DNA of 64,000 nucleotides from Verrucomicrobiota bacterium (GCA_018898455.1 JAHIJO010000152.1:2737-66736); one strand, 5' to 3'. Shown: positions 9,689-20,763, numbered from the stretch's first letter. A program made the numbers and translations. Notes: generated by a model from the sequence alone, not told the origin.

Positions 9689-10609
9689 CTAGGCATTCAA
9701 ATAACGTTCCGCTTCCAAGGCAGCCATGCAACCGGACCCGGCGGCAGTGATTGCTTGACGATACTCCGGATCCTGGACGTCACCCGCGGCAAAAACTCCC
9801 GGGATATTTGTCCGGGTATGATCGGTTAGAATATATCCGGTTTTGTCCGTGGCCACCTGCCCGGCAAAAGGTTCGGTGTTGGGACGGTGACCGATGGCCA
9901 CAAACAGGCCTTCCACAGGCAAGTCGGAAATGGCGCCGGTCTGGATGTGCTTGAGCCGCAGTCCCACTACTTCCCGCCGGACCACATCCAGCACCTCGAT
10001 AACAACGCTGTTCCACAACACCTGGATTTTGGGATTTTTTAATACGCGCTCGATCATGATTTTCGAGGCCCGGAACTGGTCCCGTCGATGGATGATCGTC
10101 ACTCGGGACGCAAAACGCGCGAGAAACAGGGCTTCCTCCATGGCGGTATCTCCCCCGCCGACCACCGCAACTGCCTTATCACGGTACAATGCGGCATCGC
10201 AGGTGGCACACGCCGACACACCGCGACCGATCAACGCCTGTTCCGATTCCAGACCCAGATAAATCGCGCTGGCACCCGTGGCGATAATGATGGTTTTCGC
10301 CTCCAGAGCCTCGCCGCCGTCAACCACGACCTGGAACGGCTTCCGGCGGAAGTCCACGGCCGTGACTTCCCCGCTCTTCAGCCGGGCACCGAACCGCTCC
10401 GCCTGACTGCGTAAGGTCATCATCAACGTAGGGCCGTCAATACCGTCGAGGAAGCCGGGGTAATTTTCAATCAGGTTGGTGATGACCAGTTGTCCGCCGG
10501 GCTGAATACCTTCCAGGACAACTGGCTTCAGGCCGGCGCGCGCGGAATAAATAGCGGCCGTCAACCCGGCCGGCCCCGATCCAATAATCACCATGTTCTC
10601 CATAACCAT
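9689..10609 (-). CDS. trxB: Thioredoxin-disulfide reductase
   Basis: GSGPAG FAD motif, CATC redox-active disulfide, GGGDTA NADPH motif and GVFAAGDV. Confidence 0.9.
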   Translation of the reverse strand: MVMENMVIIGSGPAGLTAAIYSARAGLKPVVLEGIQPGGQLVITNLIENYPGFLDGIDGPTLMMTLRSQAERFGARLKSGEVTAVDFRRKPFQVVVDGGEALEAKTIIIATGASAIYLGLESEQALIGRGVSACATCDAALYRDKAVAVVGGGDTAMEEALFLARFASRVTIIHRRDQFRASKIMIERVLKNPKIQVLWNSVVIEVLDVVRREVVGLRLKHIQTGAISDLPVEGLFVAIGHRPNTEPFAGQVATDKTGYILTDHTRTNIPGVFAAGDVQDPEYRQAITAAGSGCMAALEAERYLNA

Positions 10610-10773
10610 CAGCCTTTCTCAAAATGTCACAGGGCCATGGTAACGCTAACGGCCCCCTAATGCCATATCTTGTTTGAGACCTCGTGGCAATTCCATAGTC
10701 TTGACAAATTCCTGTATTCTTATGATTCTATCGCTCCTGTCAAAACCAAACTCATTGCAGAAAGGATGCGACC

Positions 10774-11151
10774 ATGCCGGATATGCTGGAAGATATATTT
10801 CGCTTACAAGGAGAATTAAACAAACGCATCGGCGTGGATACCCTGGCCATGCCGGAATCCCGCCAGCCGGAATGGGTCTTGAATTATTGCCGGGCAATGT
10901 CCCAGGAGGTGGCGGAACTGACCGACAGCGTGCCCTGGAAATGGTGGGCCAAGTATCAGCAGTTCGACAAACAAAACGCCCGGGTTGAGGTTGTGGATTT
11001 GTTCCATTTCCTGGTATCACTGGCACAGGTTCTGGGCATGTCCGCCCAGGATATTCATCTGGCCTACATCCAGAAGAACAAGGTTAATGTCAAGCGTCAG
11101 GATTCCGGCTACACGACAAAAAACGAGGATGACAGCCGGCATATCAGCTAG
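10774..11151 (+). CDS. Dimeric (all-alpha) dUTPase / MazG-like NTP pyrophosphohydrolase family protein
   Basis: EW..NY..A...E..EL.D.VPWKWW..... then E.VD..HF..S pattern typical of the dimeric dUTPase/dCTPase family. 125 aa. Confidence 0.55.
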   Translation: MPDMLEDIFRLQGELNKRIGVDTLAMPESRQPEWVLNYCRAMSQEVAELTDSVPWKWWAKYQQFDKQNARVEVVDLFHFLVSLAQVLGMSAQDIHLAYIQKNKVNVKRQDSGYTTKNEDDSRHIS

Positions 11152-12860
11152 GTGTAGCGGAGCACTTCATCAACCGTGGTATAGCCGTCAAAAATATTGC
11201 GCAGACCGTCGTCCCTCAAGAGGCGCATTCCCTGTTCGATGGCCTTGTTCCGAATTTCCAGGGTGGGTTTCCTCTGGTTGATCAACACCCGAATGGCGTC
11301 CGTCATCGCCAGGCATTCATACAGTCCCTTGCGGCCGCGATAGCCGGCGTCATGGCATTCGGGACAGCCCTTACCATAATAAAAGGAACGATCCCCCACC
11401 GATTCCTCTTTCAGGCTCAACTGCTCCAGAATCGGCTTGTCCGGCTGATACGGCGTTTTACATTTCGTGCAGATCACCCGCACCAGGCGCTGGGCCATCA
11501 CCGCTTCCAGCGTTGAGGAAATCAGAAACGGCTCGATATTCATGTCGATCAGACGGGTAATGGCGCCGGCAGAGTCATTGGTATGGAGGGTGGTCAGCAC
11601 CAGGTGTCCCGTCAAGGACGACTGAATGGCAATCTGGGCGGTTTCGGGGTCGCGAATTTCCCCGATCATGATGATGTCCGGATCCTGGCGCAGGAAATGG
11701 CGTAAAATGCGGGAAAAGGTGACGCCCACCACTTCATTCACCGGCACCTGAATAATGCCCTCGATATCATATTCCACAGGATCTTCGCACGTCAGCAATT
11801 TTGCCTCCACCGTATTGATCCGGCGCAAGGCGGAATACAGCGTGGTCGTTTTCCCTGATCCCGTGGGTCCGGTGACAACGACGATGCCGTTCGGCTTTTG
11901 GACATCCTTGACGAAGGCGTCATAAACATCCGGCGGCATGCCGAGGTTTTCCAGCTCGAGCGACACGGTAGACCGGTCCAGAATCCGGAGCACAACGCTT
12001 TCCCCAAACTGGGTTGGCAGGGTGGAAACACGGAAATCAATGGGACGCCCCACCAGATTCATTTGAATGCGGTTGTCCTGCGGCAAGCGCCGCTCCGCGA
12101 TGTTCATCCCGGCCATGACCTTGATGCGCGAAATGACCGGCAACGCCAGGCTCCGGGGCGGCGGCTGCATCTCATACAAGGCGCCATCCACCCGGTATCG
12201 AATCTTGAATTCTTTTTCAAAGGGCTCGAAATGAATATCCGAGGCCTTGGATTGTACCGCCTCATAGAGAATCAGATTCACAAACCGCACGACCGGCGCC
12301 GAATTCGCCGCTTGTTCCAAGCCCGTTTCATCCGCTTCCTTGCCTTCCGTTATCTGAAGTTCCATCCCCTGCTCGAATTCCAATTCCAAAGCCGACAGCA
12401 TGTCGTTGATGGAGGCATTGTCGTTGCTGAAAAAGCGCCCGATCAGGTTTTTAATATCCTCTTCGCGAGCCATGACAAAGGAGATATCACGCGTCAGCAC
12501 GAACCGGATTTCGTCCATGACTTCCAGCGTCGGAAACTGCGAGGTGGCCAGCACGATGGAATTCGCCTTGGATGCAATCGGCACGACGTTATACATGCGG
12601 GCAACGCTGGCGGGAATGGTCTGGATCACCGTCGGCTGAATGTCCATTTCCTTCAGGTTGACGATCGTGGTCCCCAGGTGGTTGGCAATCATGACCAGCA
12701 GGTCGTCTTCCCTGATCACGCCCGTGTCACTGATGATTTTATGGATCGAATTTCCGGTCCGCGCCTGTTCCTCACAGACATCTGCCACCTGCTCGGGCGT
12801 CAAGGCGCCGTTATCTTTCAGCAGTTGCAATAACGGATCCTGATTGGTGACTTCATCCAT
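11148..12860 (-). CDS. GspE/PilB-family secretion ATPase with N-terminal MshEN-like domain (second copy)
   Basis: N-terminal GspE_N-type domain, Walker [16 protein letters not shown], Asp/His boxes and a C-terminal tetracysteine CTKC...CPEC zinc motif. Confidence 0.85.
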   Translation of the reverse strand: MDEVTNQDPLLQLLKDNGALTPEQVADVCEEQARTGNSIHKIISDTGVIREDDLLVMIANHLGTTIVNLKEMDIQPTVIQTIPASVARMYNVVPIASKANSIVLATSQFPTLEVMDEIRFVLTRDISFVMAREEDIKNLIGRFFSNDNASINDMLSALELEFEQGMELQITEGKEADETGLEQAANSAPVVRFVNLILYEAVQSKASDIHFEPFEKEFKIRYRVDGALYEMQPPPRSLALPVISRIKVMAGMNIAERRLPQDNRIQMNLVGRPIDFRVSTLPTQFGESVVLRILDRSTVSLELENLGMPPDVYDAFVKDVQKPNGIVVVTGPTGSGKTTTLYSALRRINTVEAKLLTCEDPVEYDIEGIIQVPVNEVVGVTFSRILRHFLRQDPDIIMIGEIRDPETAQIAIQSSLTGHLVLTTLHTNDSAGAITRLIDMNIEPFLISSTLEAVMAQRLVRVICTKCKTPYQPDKPILEQLSLKEESVGDRSFYYGKGCPECHDAGYRGRKGLYECLAMTDAIRVLINQRKPTLEIRNKAIEQGMRLLRDDGLRNIFDGYTTVDEVLRYT

Positions 12861-12869
12861 AACGGACCT

Positions 12870-13967
12870 CTATCGCTTTCGCGCGCCGACCCCCTGCAGT
12901 TTATTGATGATCGCTTCGGGGTCCTGGGCTTTGGTAATTAAATCCTCATAGGTGATCAGGCCGGCTTCATACAGCGTCATCAGGTGCGCATCCAGGGTGA
13001 CCATGCCCCACTTGGCGCCGGTCTGAATATCCGACGTGATGCGAAAGGTCTTGTTCTCGCGGATCAGCGACTGGATGGAGGGCGTACTAATCATTATTTC
13101 GAACGCCGCCAGCCGGCCCGGCCGATCTTTGCGAATAATCAACAGCTGGGAAATGACCGCCACAATGCTGGAGGCCAACTGAACGCGAATCTGTTCCTGC
13201 TGATTGGTCGGAAAGGCGTCCACGATACGGTCCACGGTGCGCGCGGCGCCGGTCGTATGCAGGGTGGCAAAAACCAGGTGGCCGGTTTCCGCGGCGGTGA
13301 TGGCGGCTTCCATCGTTTCCAGATCGCGCATTTCACCGACGAGAATGACGTCGGGATCCTGGCGGAGGGCCCGCCGCAATGCTTCCTTGAAGTTGGGCAC
13401 ATCCACGCCGATTTCGCGCTGCGTGATAATCGATTTCTTGTGCGAGTGATAATATTCGATCGGGTCCTCGACGGTAACGATATGACAATCCCGCTCAATA
13501 TTGATCAGATCGATCATGCTGGCAAGGGTGGTTGTTTTGCCGGACCCGGTCGGCCCGGTGACCAGGACCATGCCCCGGGGCCGAAACAGCAGATCTTTCA
13601 CTTGAGCGGGCAATCCGATTTCATCCAACGACAGCAGTTTTGAAGGAATCTGGCGCAATACCATGCCGATATGACCCTTGGATTTCAGCACGCTGACACG
13701 GAACCGGGCGGCCGTTCCGAAGCTGAAGCCAAAATCCACTCCCCCGATTTCGCGGACCTTCTGCTGGTAGTTCTCGGAGGTTATGCTTTTCATGAGGCGT
13801 TCCGTGTCATCCGGCGCTAATGCCGGCAGATCCACGGACTGCAGGTGCCCGTGGAGTCGGAGCGTGGGCGGCAACCCCACGTTCAGGTGCAGGTCCGAAG
13901 CGCCTTCATCCACGACCACTTGCAGCAGTTCACTCATGCTGATATTGGCAACTGAATGTTCGCTCAT
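12870..13967 (-). CDS. pilT: Type IV pilus retraction ATPase PilT
   Basis: 365 aa with no N-terminal extension. [19 protein letters not shown] Walker A and the PilT-type core. Confidence 0.85.
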   Translation of the reverse strand: MSEHSVANISMSELLQVVVDEGASDLHLNVGLPPTLRLHGHLQSVDLPALAPDDTERLMKSITSENYQQKVREIGGVDFGFSFGTAARFRVSVLKSKGHIGMVLRQIPSKLLSLDEIGLPAQVKDLLFRPRGMVLVTGPTGSGKTTTLASMIDLINIERDCHIVTVEDPIEYYHSHKKSIITQREIGVDVPNFKEALRRALRQDPDVILVGEMRDLETMEAAITAAETGHLVFATLHTTGAARTVDRIVDAFPTNQQEQIRVQLASSIVAVISQLLIIRKDRPGRLAAFEIMISTPSIQSLIRENKTFRITSDIQTGAKWGMVTLDAHLMTLYEAGLITYEDLITKAQDPEAIINKLQGVGARKR

Positions 13968-13971
13968 GGCG

Positions 13972-15663
13972 TCAATCTCCCATGGTAATACTCAATACCT
14001 CACTCAGCGTGGTCATGCCGGACACCACTTTCCGGAGTCCGTCTTCGCGCAGTGTCCGCATGCCCATTTCCCGTGCCCGCCGCCGAAGTTCATCCGAGGC
14101 CACCTTGCGAAAAATCATCTCACGCACATCATCATTGATAATGAAAACTTCGAAGATTCCCTTGCGGCCCTTGAATCCAACCTGACTGCAGGCATTACAT
14201 CCTTTTCCCCTATATAAAGGAGCCTTGGTCAGTTGCGCAGCGTCCGGGCCCAAGGGTAAAAGTTCCTGTTCCGAAGGCGTGTAGGTCTCTTTACATTTTT
14301 CGCATATGACCTTGACCAGGCGCTGGGCAATGGTTGCCCGGATGGAGGAGGCTAAAAGGAATGGCTTGACGCCGATATCCAGCAACCTGGTGATCGCACT
14401 CGGGGCATCGTTCGTGTGCAGGGTGCTGAATACCAGATGTCCCGTCAAGGCCGCATTGATGGCGATTTCGGCGGTGTCGAAGTCGCGAATTTCTCCGACC
14501 ATGATGATATTCGGCGCCTGGCGCAGAATCGAGCGCAGAACGGCCGGAAAAGTCAGGCCGATGTCCTCGCGGACCTGGACCTGATTGATTCCTGACAGCT
14601 GATATTCCACCGGGTCTTCGACGGTAATGATCTTGCAGTCAGGCCGGTTGAGATGATTCAATATGGCATACAGGGTCGTGGTTTTTCCGGACCCGGTGGG
14701 GCCGGTCATCAGGAGAATACCGTCGGGCAAACCAATGAGTTTTTCAAAGACCTGCTGGTCGTCGGCAAAGAACCCGAGCTTGGGCAGACCCAGTCCCAGG
14801 TTCTGTTTGCTGAGAATGCGCATGACCATGCTTTCCCCATGGGTGGCGGGCACCGTGGAGACGCGAAGGTCCAGATCTTCCCCTCCCACATTGATTTGAA
14901 TCCGTCCGTCCTGGGGAACACGTTTCTCGGCAATTTTCATTCCCGACATGAGCTTCAAACGGCTGATAATGGATGATTGCAGTCGTTTGGGCGGGTTTTC
15001 CACTTCCCGCAAATCGCCGTCAATACGGTACCGGATACGGAACCGCTTTTCCATAGGCTCCAGATGAATATCGGACGCACGGTTGCGCTGGGCTTCCAGG
15101 ATGATCAGACTGACCAGCTTGATGATCGGCGCATCCGAATCGGTGGTTTCGGATTCATCCGACAGGTTGCCCATATTGACCGAGATATTGCCCGTCTCCT
15201 TCTGGCCAAGCAATTCCTCGATCGATTTCTCCACCCGTCCATAATGATGATCCAGGGCAATTGAAATTTCCTCATCCGATGCCACGACGCCCTCGACGTT
15301 CCGCTTGAGGATGTACCGCAGACTATCCAGCGTTTCAATATCCAGCGGGTCGGCCAGAGCGACGGTCAGCGTATTGTCGTTACTGAATACCGGGACAACC
15401 TTGTAACGGCGCGCGATGGCGGCGGGAACCTGCTTGATAACTTCAGGGGGGATCTCCTGGTCGGCGAGCACGATCACGTCCATGCCCAACTGCATGGCCA
15501 CCGTTTTGAGAACCTCCATCTTGGAAATCACGCCGGTTTCCACGAGCACGTCCACCACGCTCTTGTCCGCGCCGGCCTGACTCCTGGCTTCCTCAATCTG
15601 CTCGGCTTTGATCAAACCGACATCCTTGAGAATCTCAATGATATAATCGTCATTCCCGGTCAA
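13972..15663 (-). CDS. pilB: Type IV pilus assembly ATPase PilB / GspE family
   Basis: 563 aa. N-terminal GspE_N domain, Walker [16 protein letters not shown] and C-terminal CEKC...CNAC zinc motif. Immediately upstream of pilT. Confidence 0.8.
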   Translation of the reverse strand: MTGNDDYIIEILKDVGLIKAEQIEEARSQAGADKSVVDVLVETGVISKMEVLKTVAMQLGMDVIVLADQEIPPEVIKQVPAAIARRYKVVPVFSNDNTLTVALADPLDIETLDSLRYILKRNVEGVVASDEEISIALDHHYGRVEKSIEELLGQKETGNISVNMGNLSDESETTDSDAPIIKLVSLIILEAQRNRASDIHLEPMEKRFRIRYRIDGDLREVENPPKRLQSSIISRLKLMSGMKIAEKRVPQDGRIQINVGGEDLDLRVSTVPATHGESMVMRILSKQNLGLGLPKLGFFADDQQVFEKLIGLPDGILLMTGPTGSGKTTTLYAILNHLNRPDCKIITVEDPVEYQLSGINQVQVREDIGLTFPAVLRSILRQAPNIIMVGEIRDFDTAEIAINAALTGHLVFSTLHTNDAPSAITRLLDIGVKPFLLASSIRATIAQRLVKVICEKCKETYTPSEQELLPLGPDAAQLTKAPLYRGKGCNACSQVGFKGRKGIFEVFIINDDVREMIFRKVASDELRRRAREMGMRTLREDGLRKVVSGMTTLSEVLSITMGD

Positions 15664-15707
15664 GGCATGGCCCCTTTCCGTATCCTCGATACAAGATCAG
15701 TCTATAC

Positions 15708-17216
15708 TTAGTTGGCAGTCGTGGTCAATTTTTTCTTTAAGAGTTCCTGGACCCGCTGGGGATGGGCTTTGCCTTTGCTCGCCCGCATGACCTGGCCGAC
15801 CAGAAACTGCAGCGCCGCCGATTTACCGGCGCGAAAATCCGCCACCGACCCGGGATGGTCGGCCATGGCCTTCTCCACCATGGCCTCGATGGCACCGGCG
15901 TCGCTGACCTGGACCAAGCCCTTCTGCTTCACCCATAGCTCGGGATCGCCTCCCTGTTCGAACAGCGCCGCAAAGACATCCTTGGCAGTGTTTGAATTCA
16001 CGACCTGCGCCTCCGCCAAGCGGACCAACTCCGCCAAGGCCTTGGGCCGGATGGCCGCCTGATCTATATCGATCCCCTTTTCGGACAGCAGTCTCAACAT
16101 TTCCGTCATGAGCCAGTTGGAAATAGCCTTGGGACCTGTTTTCGCCAACTTTTCATCGCCCGCCGCCGCGGACGGCGCGACGGCATGAGCGCTTCGCGTC
16201 GCCTGGCTGGAGGCATAATACCGGCAGGCCTCCTCAAAATAATCAGCCATCGCTTTGTCCGCGGACAGCACCCGGGCATCATAGGGAGGGATGCTGTACT
16301 GCCGAACCAGCCGGTCGCACCGCTGACGGGGCAATTCGGGCAACAGAGCTTTCCAACATTCGATTTGCTCTGACGACAACACCACCGGCATCAGGTCGGG
16401 ATCAGGAAAATAGCGGTAATCATGCGCCGCTTCCTTCGAACGCATGGATTCCGTGATCCCGGTCTCCGTTTCCCAACGCCGCGTTTCCTGGACGATGGTT
16501 CCCCCGGATTCAAGCACCGCAATCTGGCGCTTGATTTCGTATTGCAGGGACTGGAACACTCCTTTGAATGTGTTCAGGTTCTTGATTTCAGTTTTGACGC
16601 CCAGAGCCGGCTGACCTGCAGGGCGAACACTGCAATTGACATCACAGCGCAAATTGCCTTCTTCCAGATTGCAGGGGCTGATGCCGCCATAGAGCAGGAT
16701 TTGCTTCAAGGCCTGCAAGAAGGCGAAGGCTTCTTCGGAGGAGTCGAGTTCCGGTTCCGTCACCACTTCCATCAGGGGGTGCCCCGCGCGATTGAAATCA
16801 ATACTGCTCGCGTTGCGGACGTGCATGTTTTTGGCCACATCCTCCTCAAGATGGATCCGGGTGAGAGGAATCGTCTTGGCAACCCCATTCGCTTCGATGG
16901 CTACGGCTCCGCCGATGCATAAGGGCCGGTCATATTGCGAAATCTGGTAGTTTTTCGGCATGTCGGGGTAAAAATAATTCTTCCGGTCGAATTTACTGAA
17001 CGGATTGATCTCGGACCCCAGCATCAACCCGGTCATGACGGTCAGCCGCACGGCTTCCTCGTTGATGACCGGCAGGGCGCCGGGATATCCCAGGCACACG
17101 GGACACACGTGCGTGTTGGGCGGCGACCCGAAATCCGTGTTGCAGGCGCAGAACATCTTGGTCCGCGTGGCCAACTGAACATGCACTTCCAGCCCTATAG
17201 TTGCACTATAATTCAT
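15708..17216 (-). CDS. gatB: Asp-tRNA(Asn)/Glu-tRNA(Gln) amidotransferase subunit B
   Basis: N-terminus MNYSATIGLEVHVQL...FCAC...CPVCLGYPG is diagnostic of GatB. Overlaps the gatA stop. Confidence 0.95.
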   Translation of the reverse strand: MNYSATIGLEVHVQLATRTKMFCACNTDFGSPPNTHVCPVCLGYPGALPVINEEAVRLTVMTGLMLGSEINPFSKFDRKNYFYPDMPKNYQISQYDRPLCIGGAVAIEANGVAKTIPLTRIHLEEDVAKNMHVRNASSIDFNRAGHPLMEVVTEPELDSSEEAFAFLQALKQILLYGGISPCNLEEGNLRCDVNCSVRPAGQPALGVKTEIKNLNTFKGVFQSLQYEIKRQIAVLESGGTIVQETRRWETETGITESMRSKEAAHDYRYFPDPDLMPVVLSSEQIECWKALLPELPRQRCDRLVRQYSIPPYDARVLSADKAMADYFEEACRYYASSQATRSAHAVAPSAAAGDEKLAKTGPKAISNWLMTEMLRLLSEKGIDIDQAAIRPKALAELVRLAEAQVVNSNTAKDVFAALFEQGGDPELWVKQKGLVQVSDAGAIEAMVEKAMADHPGSVADFRAGKSAALQFLVGQVMRASKGKAHPQRVQELLKKKLTTTAN

Positions 17217-18711
17217 TGTCGTTTTTATCCGTCAAATGGAGTTCGGGAGCCATAACCGGCGGCTTCTGCCGATGCCAGGCGGTGGTCTGTTCATAGGCAT
17301 ACCCGGCCCGGAGAATCCGCTCTTCGCAAAACGCCGGCCCGATCACCTGCAATCCGATCGGCAGGCGATGAGACGTGAACCCGCAGGGAACTGAAAGCGC
17401 GCACATTCCCGCCAAGCTCGCCGGCACCGCGAAGATGTCACCCAGATACATCTGCAAAGGGTTCTGGCTCTTTTCGCCGATTCGATAGGCCGCGGTCGGC
17501 GCCACCGGCGTCAGCAATACATCGCAAGCCTGAAACGCCTGTTCCAAGTCACGCCGGATCAAGGTCCGCACCTTCTGGGCATTCAAGTAGTAGGCGTCAT
17601 GATAGCCGCTGCTCAGCACATAGGTTCCGAGAATGATCCGGCGCTTGACCTCCGGTCCAAACCCCATCGCCCGCGTGCGCTGGTACATGTCCATCGGATC
17701 GACGGCATCCTTGACCCGCAATCCGTAACGCACGCCATCGAAGCGGGCCAGGTTGGCCGACGCCTCCGCGCTGGCGATGATGTAATAGGCGGCAACGGCA
17801 TGCGGCGTCATGGGCAACGACACGTCAACAATCCGGGCCCCCAGCCGTTCGCACTGGCGAATTGCTTCTTGAACACCGGCTTCCACATCGGGATCCAGGC
17901 CTTGAATGAAATACTCCCGGGGAAGCCCCAATTTCATGCCGGAGAGGTCCCGTTGGAGCGCGGCCTGATAATCCGGAACCGGCGCCGCCACCGAAGTCGA
18001 GTCGCGAGAATCGTGTCCGGCCATGATCCCCAGCAGGATGGCCGCATCCCGGACATCCTTGGTCATCGGCCCGATTTGATCCAGGGATGACGCGAATGCC
18101 GTCAATCCGTAGCGCGAGACGCGACCATAGGAAGGCTTGAGTCCCACACACCCGCAAAACGACGCCGGCAGGCGGACCGACCCGCCGGTGTCCGTGCCCA
18201 ACGCGGCAATCGCTTCATCCGCCGCAACGGCCGCGCCGGAACCGCCGCTGGATCCACCCGGCACACATTCGCGATTCCACGGATTGCGGGTGATATGAAA
18301 CGCCGAGTTCTCCGTGGTGGACCCCATGGCAAATTCGTCCATGTTCGTCCGTCCCAGAAACACAGCGCCTTCAGCCCGAAGCCGGGCAATGGCGGTGGCG
18401 TCATAGGGCGAACGATATCCTTCCAGGATCCGGGAGGCACAAGTGCAGGGTTGTCCGGCTACGTTGATAACATCCTTGACGGCAATCGGAATTCCCAGTA
18501 AGCGCGCCGTCTTACCCTGCCGTCGCAGGGCGTCGGCTGCATCCGCCTGCCGGAGCGCCTGCTCCTCATCCACGCTCAGGTACGCGCCCAGATTAGGTTC
18601 CAGGGCGTGGATCACTTCAATGAGATTCTCAACCAGCTGGCGCGACGAGCAGGTGCCCCGCTCCAGAAGCTCGCGGCACTGATGCACGGTCAATTGATTC
18701 CATTCCGACAT
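17206..18711 (-). CDS. gatA: Glutamyl-tRNA(Gln) amidotransferase subunit A
   Basis: Amidase signature family (GGSSGGS). Start set at MSEWNQLTV (18711), 13 bp downstream of the gatC stop. The upstream 55 codons of the long ORF look non-coding. Confidence 0.9.
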   Translation of the reverse strand: MSEWNQLTVHQCRELLERGTCSSRQLVENLIEVIHALEPNLGAYLSVDEEQALRQADAADALRRQGKTARLLGIPIAVKDVINVAGQPCTCASRILEGYRSPYDATAIARLRAEGAVFLGRTNMDEFAMGSTTENSAFHITRNPWNRECVPGGSSGGSGAAVAADEAIAALGTDTGGSVRLPASFCGCVGLKPSYGRVSRYGLTAFASSLDQIGPMTKDVRDAAILLGIMAGHDSRDSTSVAAPVPDYQAALQRDLSGMKLGLPREYFIQGLDPDVEAGVQEAIRQCERLGARIVDVSLPMTPHAVAAYYIIASAEASANLARFDGVRYGLRVKDAVDPMDMYQRTRAMGFGPEVKRRIILGTYVLSSGYHDAYYLNAQKVRTLIRRDLEQAFQACDVLLTPVAPTAAYRIGEKSQNPLQMYLGDIFAVPASLAGMCALSVPCGFTSHRLPIGLQVIGPAFCEERILRAGYAYEQTTAWHRQKPPVMAPELHLTDKNDNEL

Positions 18712-18724
18712 AGGATTGTCCAAC

Positions 18725-19036
18725 CTAGACGATTTTAGGCACCAGGAATTGCTCACCGTCGTGCACCGGCGCATTGGCCAGCACCACGTCCCGGTCCAAT
18801 CCTTTCCGTTCCTCGTCTTTACGAAAGACATTGCGAATCTGGACGGCATGTGCCATGGGTTCCACGCCGGACACATCGACCTGCTGGATGATTTTCACGT
18901 AAGCAACAATCTGGTCCAACTGACCTTGGAAATCCCTGATTTCCTTGTCATCCAGGGTCAAGCGTGCCAAGTGGGCCACATACGGCACATCGATTGTTTT
19001 TACGGCATCGCGTCCGGAATCGAGAACCATAAGCAC
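18725..19036 (-). CDS. gatC: Glutamyl-tRNA(Gln) amidotransferase subunit C
   Basis: About 100 aa. Position in the gatCAB operon and conserved GatC-like sequence. Confidence 0.85.
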   Translation of the reverse strand: MLMVLDSGRDAVKTIDVPYVAHLARLTLDDKEIRDFQGQLDQIVAYVKIIQQVDVSGVEPMAHAVQIRNVFRKDEERKGLDRDVVLANAPVHDGEQFLVPKIV

Positions 19037-19349
19037 AGCTCCTTACCAGCGAAGGGATTGAGAATTGCACCGGCAAAAATGTATCATGAATAGTAAATTT
19101 CGTCTACTGTCAATCCGGCTCCCGTGCTATCTCTCACCGCTTGTATTTGAGGTCAAGTTCAGGTATGAATGAACCGTCCCCTACGTGTCCGAAAAAGCCG
19201 AGGTAGATCAATTCGGTTTAGAGGCCCCAGACTCATGCGCTTGCCGGTGGGCTATGCAGGGTGTAGAGGAACAGGGGGATATGCTTCAGCTAACATCATG
19301 TATACAAAGACCCAAGAGGGAGGTACCCATGCTGTCTGCTGGAAACAGG

Positions 19350-19380
19350 TGTAACCAGAGGACTACCATTTGCGACTAAT
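19350..19380 (+). promoter_or_regulatory. Putative ECF-sigma-dependent promoter TGTAACC-N17-GACTAAT upstream of the ECF sigma gene (autoregulation)
   Basis: The same 7+17+7 motif recurs at 20790-20820 upstream of the TolC/RND operon. The AAC-containing -35 is typical of ECF promoters. Confidence 0.55.
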
Positions 19381-19393
19381 TAGAATAGAAGGG

Positions 19394-20029
19394 ATGCTCA
19401 ATCACCTGAGGGAAGGGAGTGTTGGCATCGCCCCGCTATGCAGCGCTGAATGCGATCTGGATATCATCACGCGAGTTCTTGGCGGCGATGGTGAGGCTTT
19501 CGACATACTGCTTCGCCGACACGGTGACCACGTGTTTAAGATTGTCGCACGCCGAGTGCGCGCGGAAGATGTCGAGAGCGTGGCCCAGGAGGTTTTCGTG
19601 GCTGCCTTCCGGTGCCTGCGCACCTATGGGGGCAAGCATCCGTTCGAAAACTGGCTGGCGCGTATCGCTCGCCGGCGTTGCTGTGACTACTGGCGGTGCC
19701 AGGAACGTCGTGTGCCGACTGCAACGGGACCGCTGGAGGTAGACCAGCGCGCATGGCTGGAACAAGTCAGTTCCGGCCTGTCCGTTGAGGCATTCGAACG
19801 CGAGTGCGAACGGAAGGAGGCGGTCGAAGTCATGCAAGCGGCTATGTCGAAACTAGATGCGGAGGACAGAGCTTTGATCGAAAGCATCTATTTCGAGGAT
19901 GTCCCCCTCCGGGAAGTCGCGGCCACATTCGGGTGGTCTTTGGCAAAAGTCAAGGTTAGGGCCTATCGGGTTAGGAATCGTTTACATAGGGTGATTGAGC
20001 GCATGGTCGAAAGCGAGGCGGCGACATGA
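19394..20029 (+). CDS. RNA polymerase sigma-70 factor, ECF subfamily
   Basis: Region 2 (FDILLRRHGDHVFKIVARRV...AQEVFVAAF) and region 4 (ESIYFEDVPLREVAATFGWSLAKVKVRAYRVRNRL). ATG at 19394 preferred over the TTG at 19370, which lies inside the promoter. Confidence 0.85.
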   Translation: MLNHLREGSVGIAPLCSAECDLDIITRVLGGDGEAFDILLRRHGDHVFKIVARRVRAEDVESVAQEVFVAAFRCLRTYGGKHPFENWLARIARRRCCDYWRCQERRVPTATGPLEVDQRAWLEQVSSGLSVEAFERECERKEAVEVMQAAMSKLDAEDRALIESIYFEDVPLREVAATFGWSLAKVKVRAYRVRNRLHRVIERMVESEAAT

Positions 20030-20340
20030 ATATAAACAAAGCGAAGCGAACACGGATGGAACAGGCCCTCCGCGAAGCTTACCACCGGCAGTTTTTGCCA
20101 TCGCCCGGCGCGGTCTGGTACCAGACGGTCATGGAGCAGGTTCGGCGGGAATCCCTGGCTGGCAGCATACCGTTCCTGCCGGCCGAGCTTGTAGCCTGGC
20201 GCTTCGCTTGGGCTGCGGCTGCGGCCGCCATATTGATAGCCATTTGTGGATTCGCCACAATGCCCACCGATGCCCAGATCGTGTGGGATCTGCACCATCT
20301 CGCGTCGCCTTACGAATGGTCTCTTGCCATGGGGGAATAG
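20026..20340 (+). CDS. Putative anti-sigma factor (single TM)
   Basis: ATGA overlap with the sigma stop. About 100 aa with a cytoplasmic N-terminus and one TM helix (WAAAAAAILIAICGF), as is typical of ECF anti-sigma partners. Confidence 0.55.
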   Translation: MNINKAKRTRMEQALREAYHRQFLPSPGAVWYQTVMEQVRRESLAGSIPFLPAELVAWRFAWAAAAAAILIAICGFATMPTDAQIVWDLHHLASPYEWSLAMGE

Positions 20341-20346
20341 CACATC

Positions 20347-20763
20347 ATGAAAACAAAGATCTGGCTGGCGCTTGCGATTGTGTGCGCATCGGGTCTCAGC
20401 ATCGGTTTCTTCGTAGGGCACCAGTTTGAGCACCATCATATGCATCGGCTCATGAGCAGAGGCCCCGAACATTTCGAGCAGGAACTCATGACCCGTCTGA
20501 CCAAGGGTCTGGTCTTGAGCGAAACCCAGATTCCGCTGGTCCGCGAGAAGGTAAAGGCCGTCGCACTGGTCTCTGAGCAGTCCTGCCGTGAACAAAAGAC
20601 GATTATGCGCGAGAAAATGACCAATCTGCTGAAGGACATCCGACCGCTTCTGAGCGAGAATCAGCAGCGTATCCTGGACGAACTCGATGTGGATGTCCTT
20701 CGGCCGCGCCATCGGGACGCCACGGGGCCAAGCACCAACTATCCGCCGACGGACAGTCGCTGA
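20347..20763 (+). CDS. Periplasmic LTXXQ-motif protein (CpxP/Spy/ZraP-like)
   Basis: Signal peptide, His-rich stretch and two LxxxQ motifs (LSETQIPL, LSENQQRIL). Confidence 0.55.
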   Translation: MKTKIWLALAIVCASGLSIGFFVGHQFEHHHMHRLMSRGPEHFEQELMTRLTKGLVLSETQIPLVREKVKAVALVSEQSCREQKTIMREKMTNLLKDIRPLLSENQQRILDELDVDVLRPRHRDATGPSTNYPPTDSR

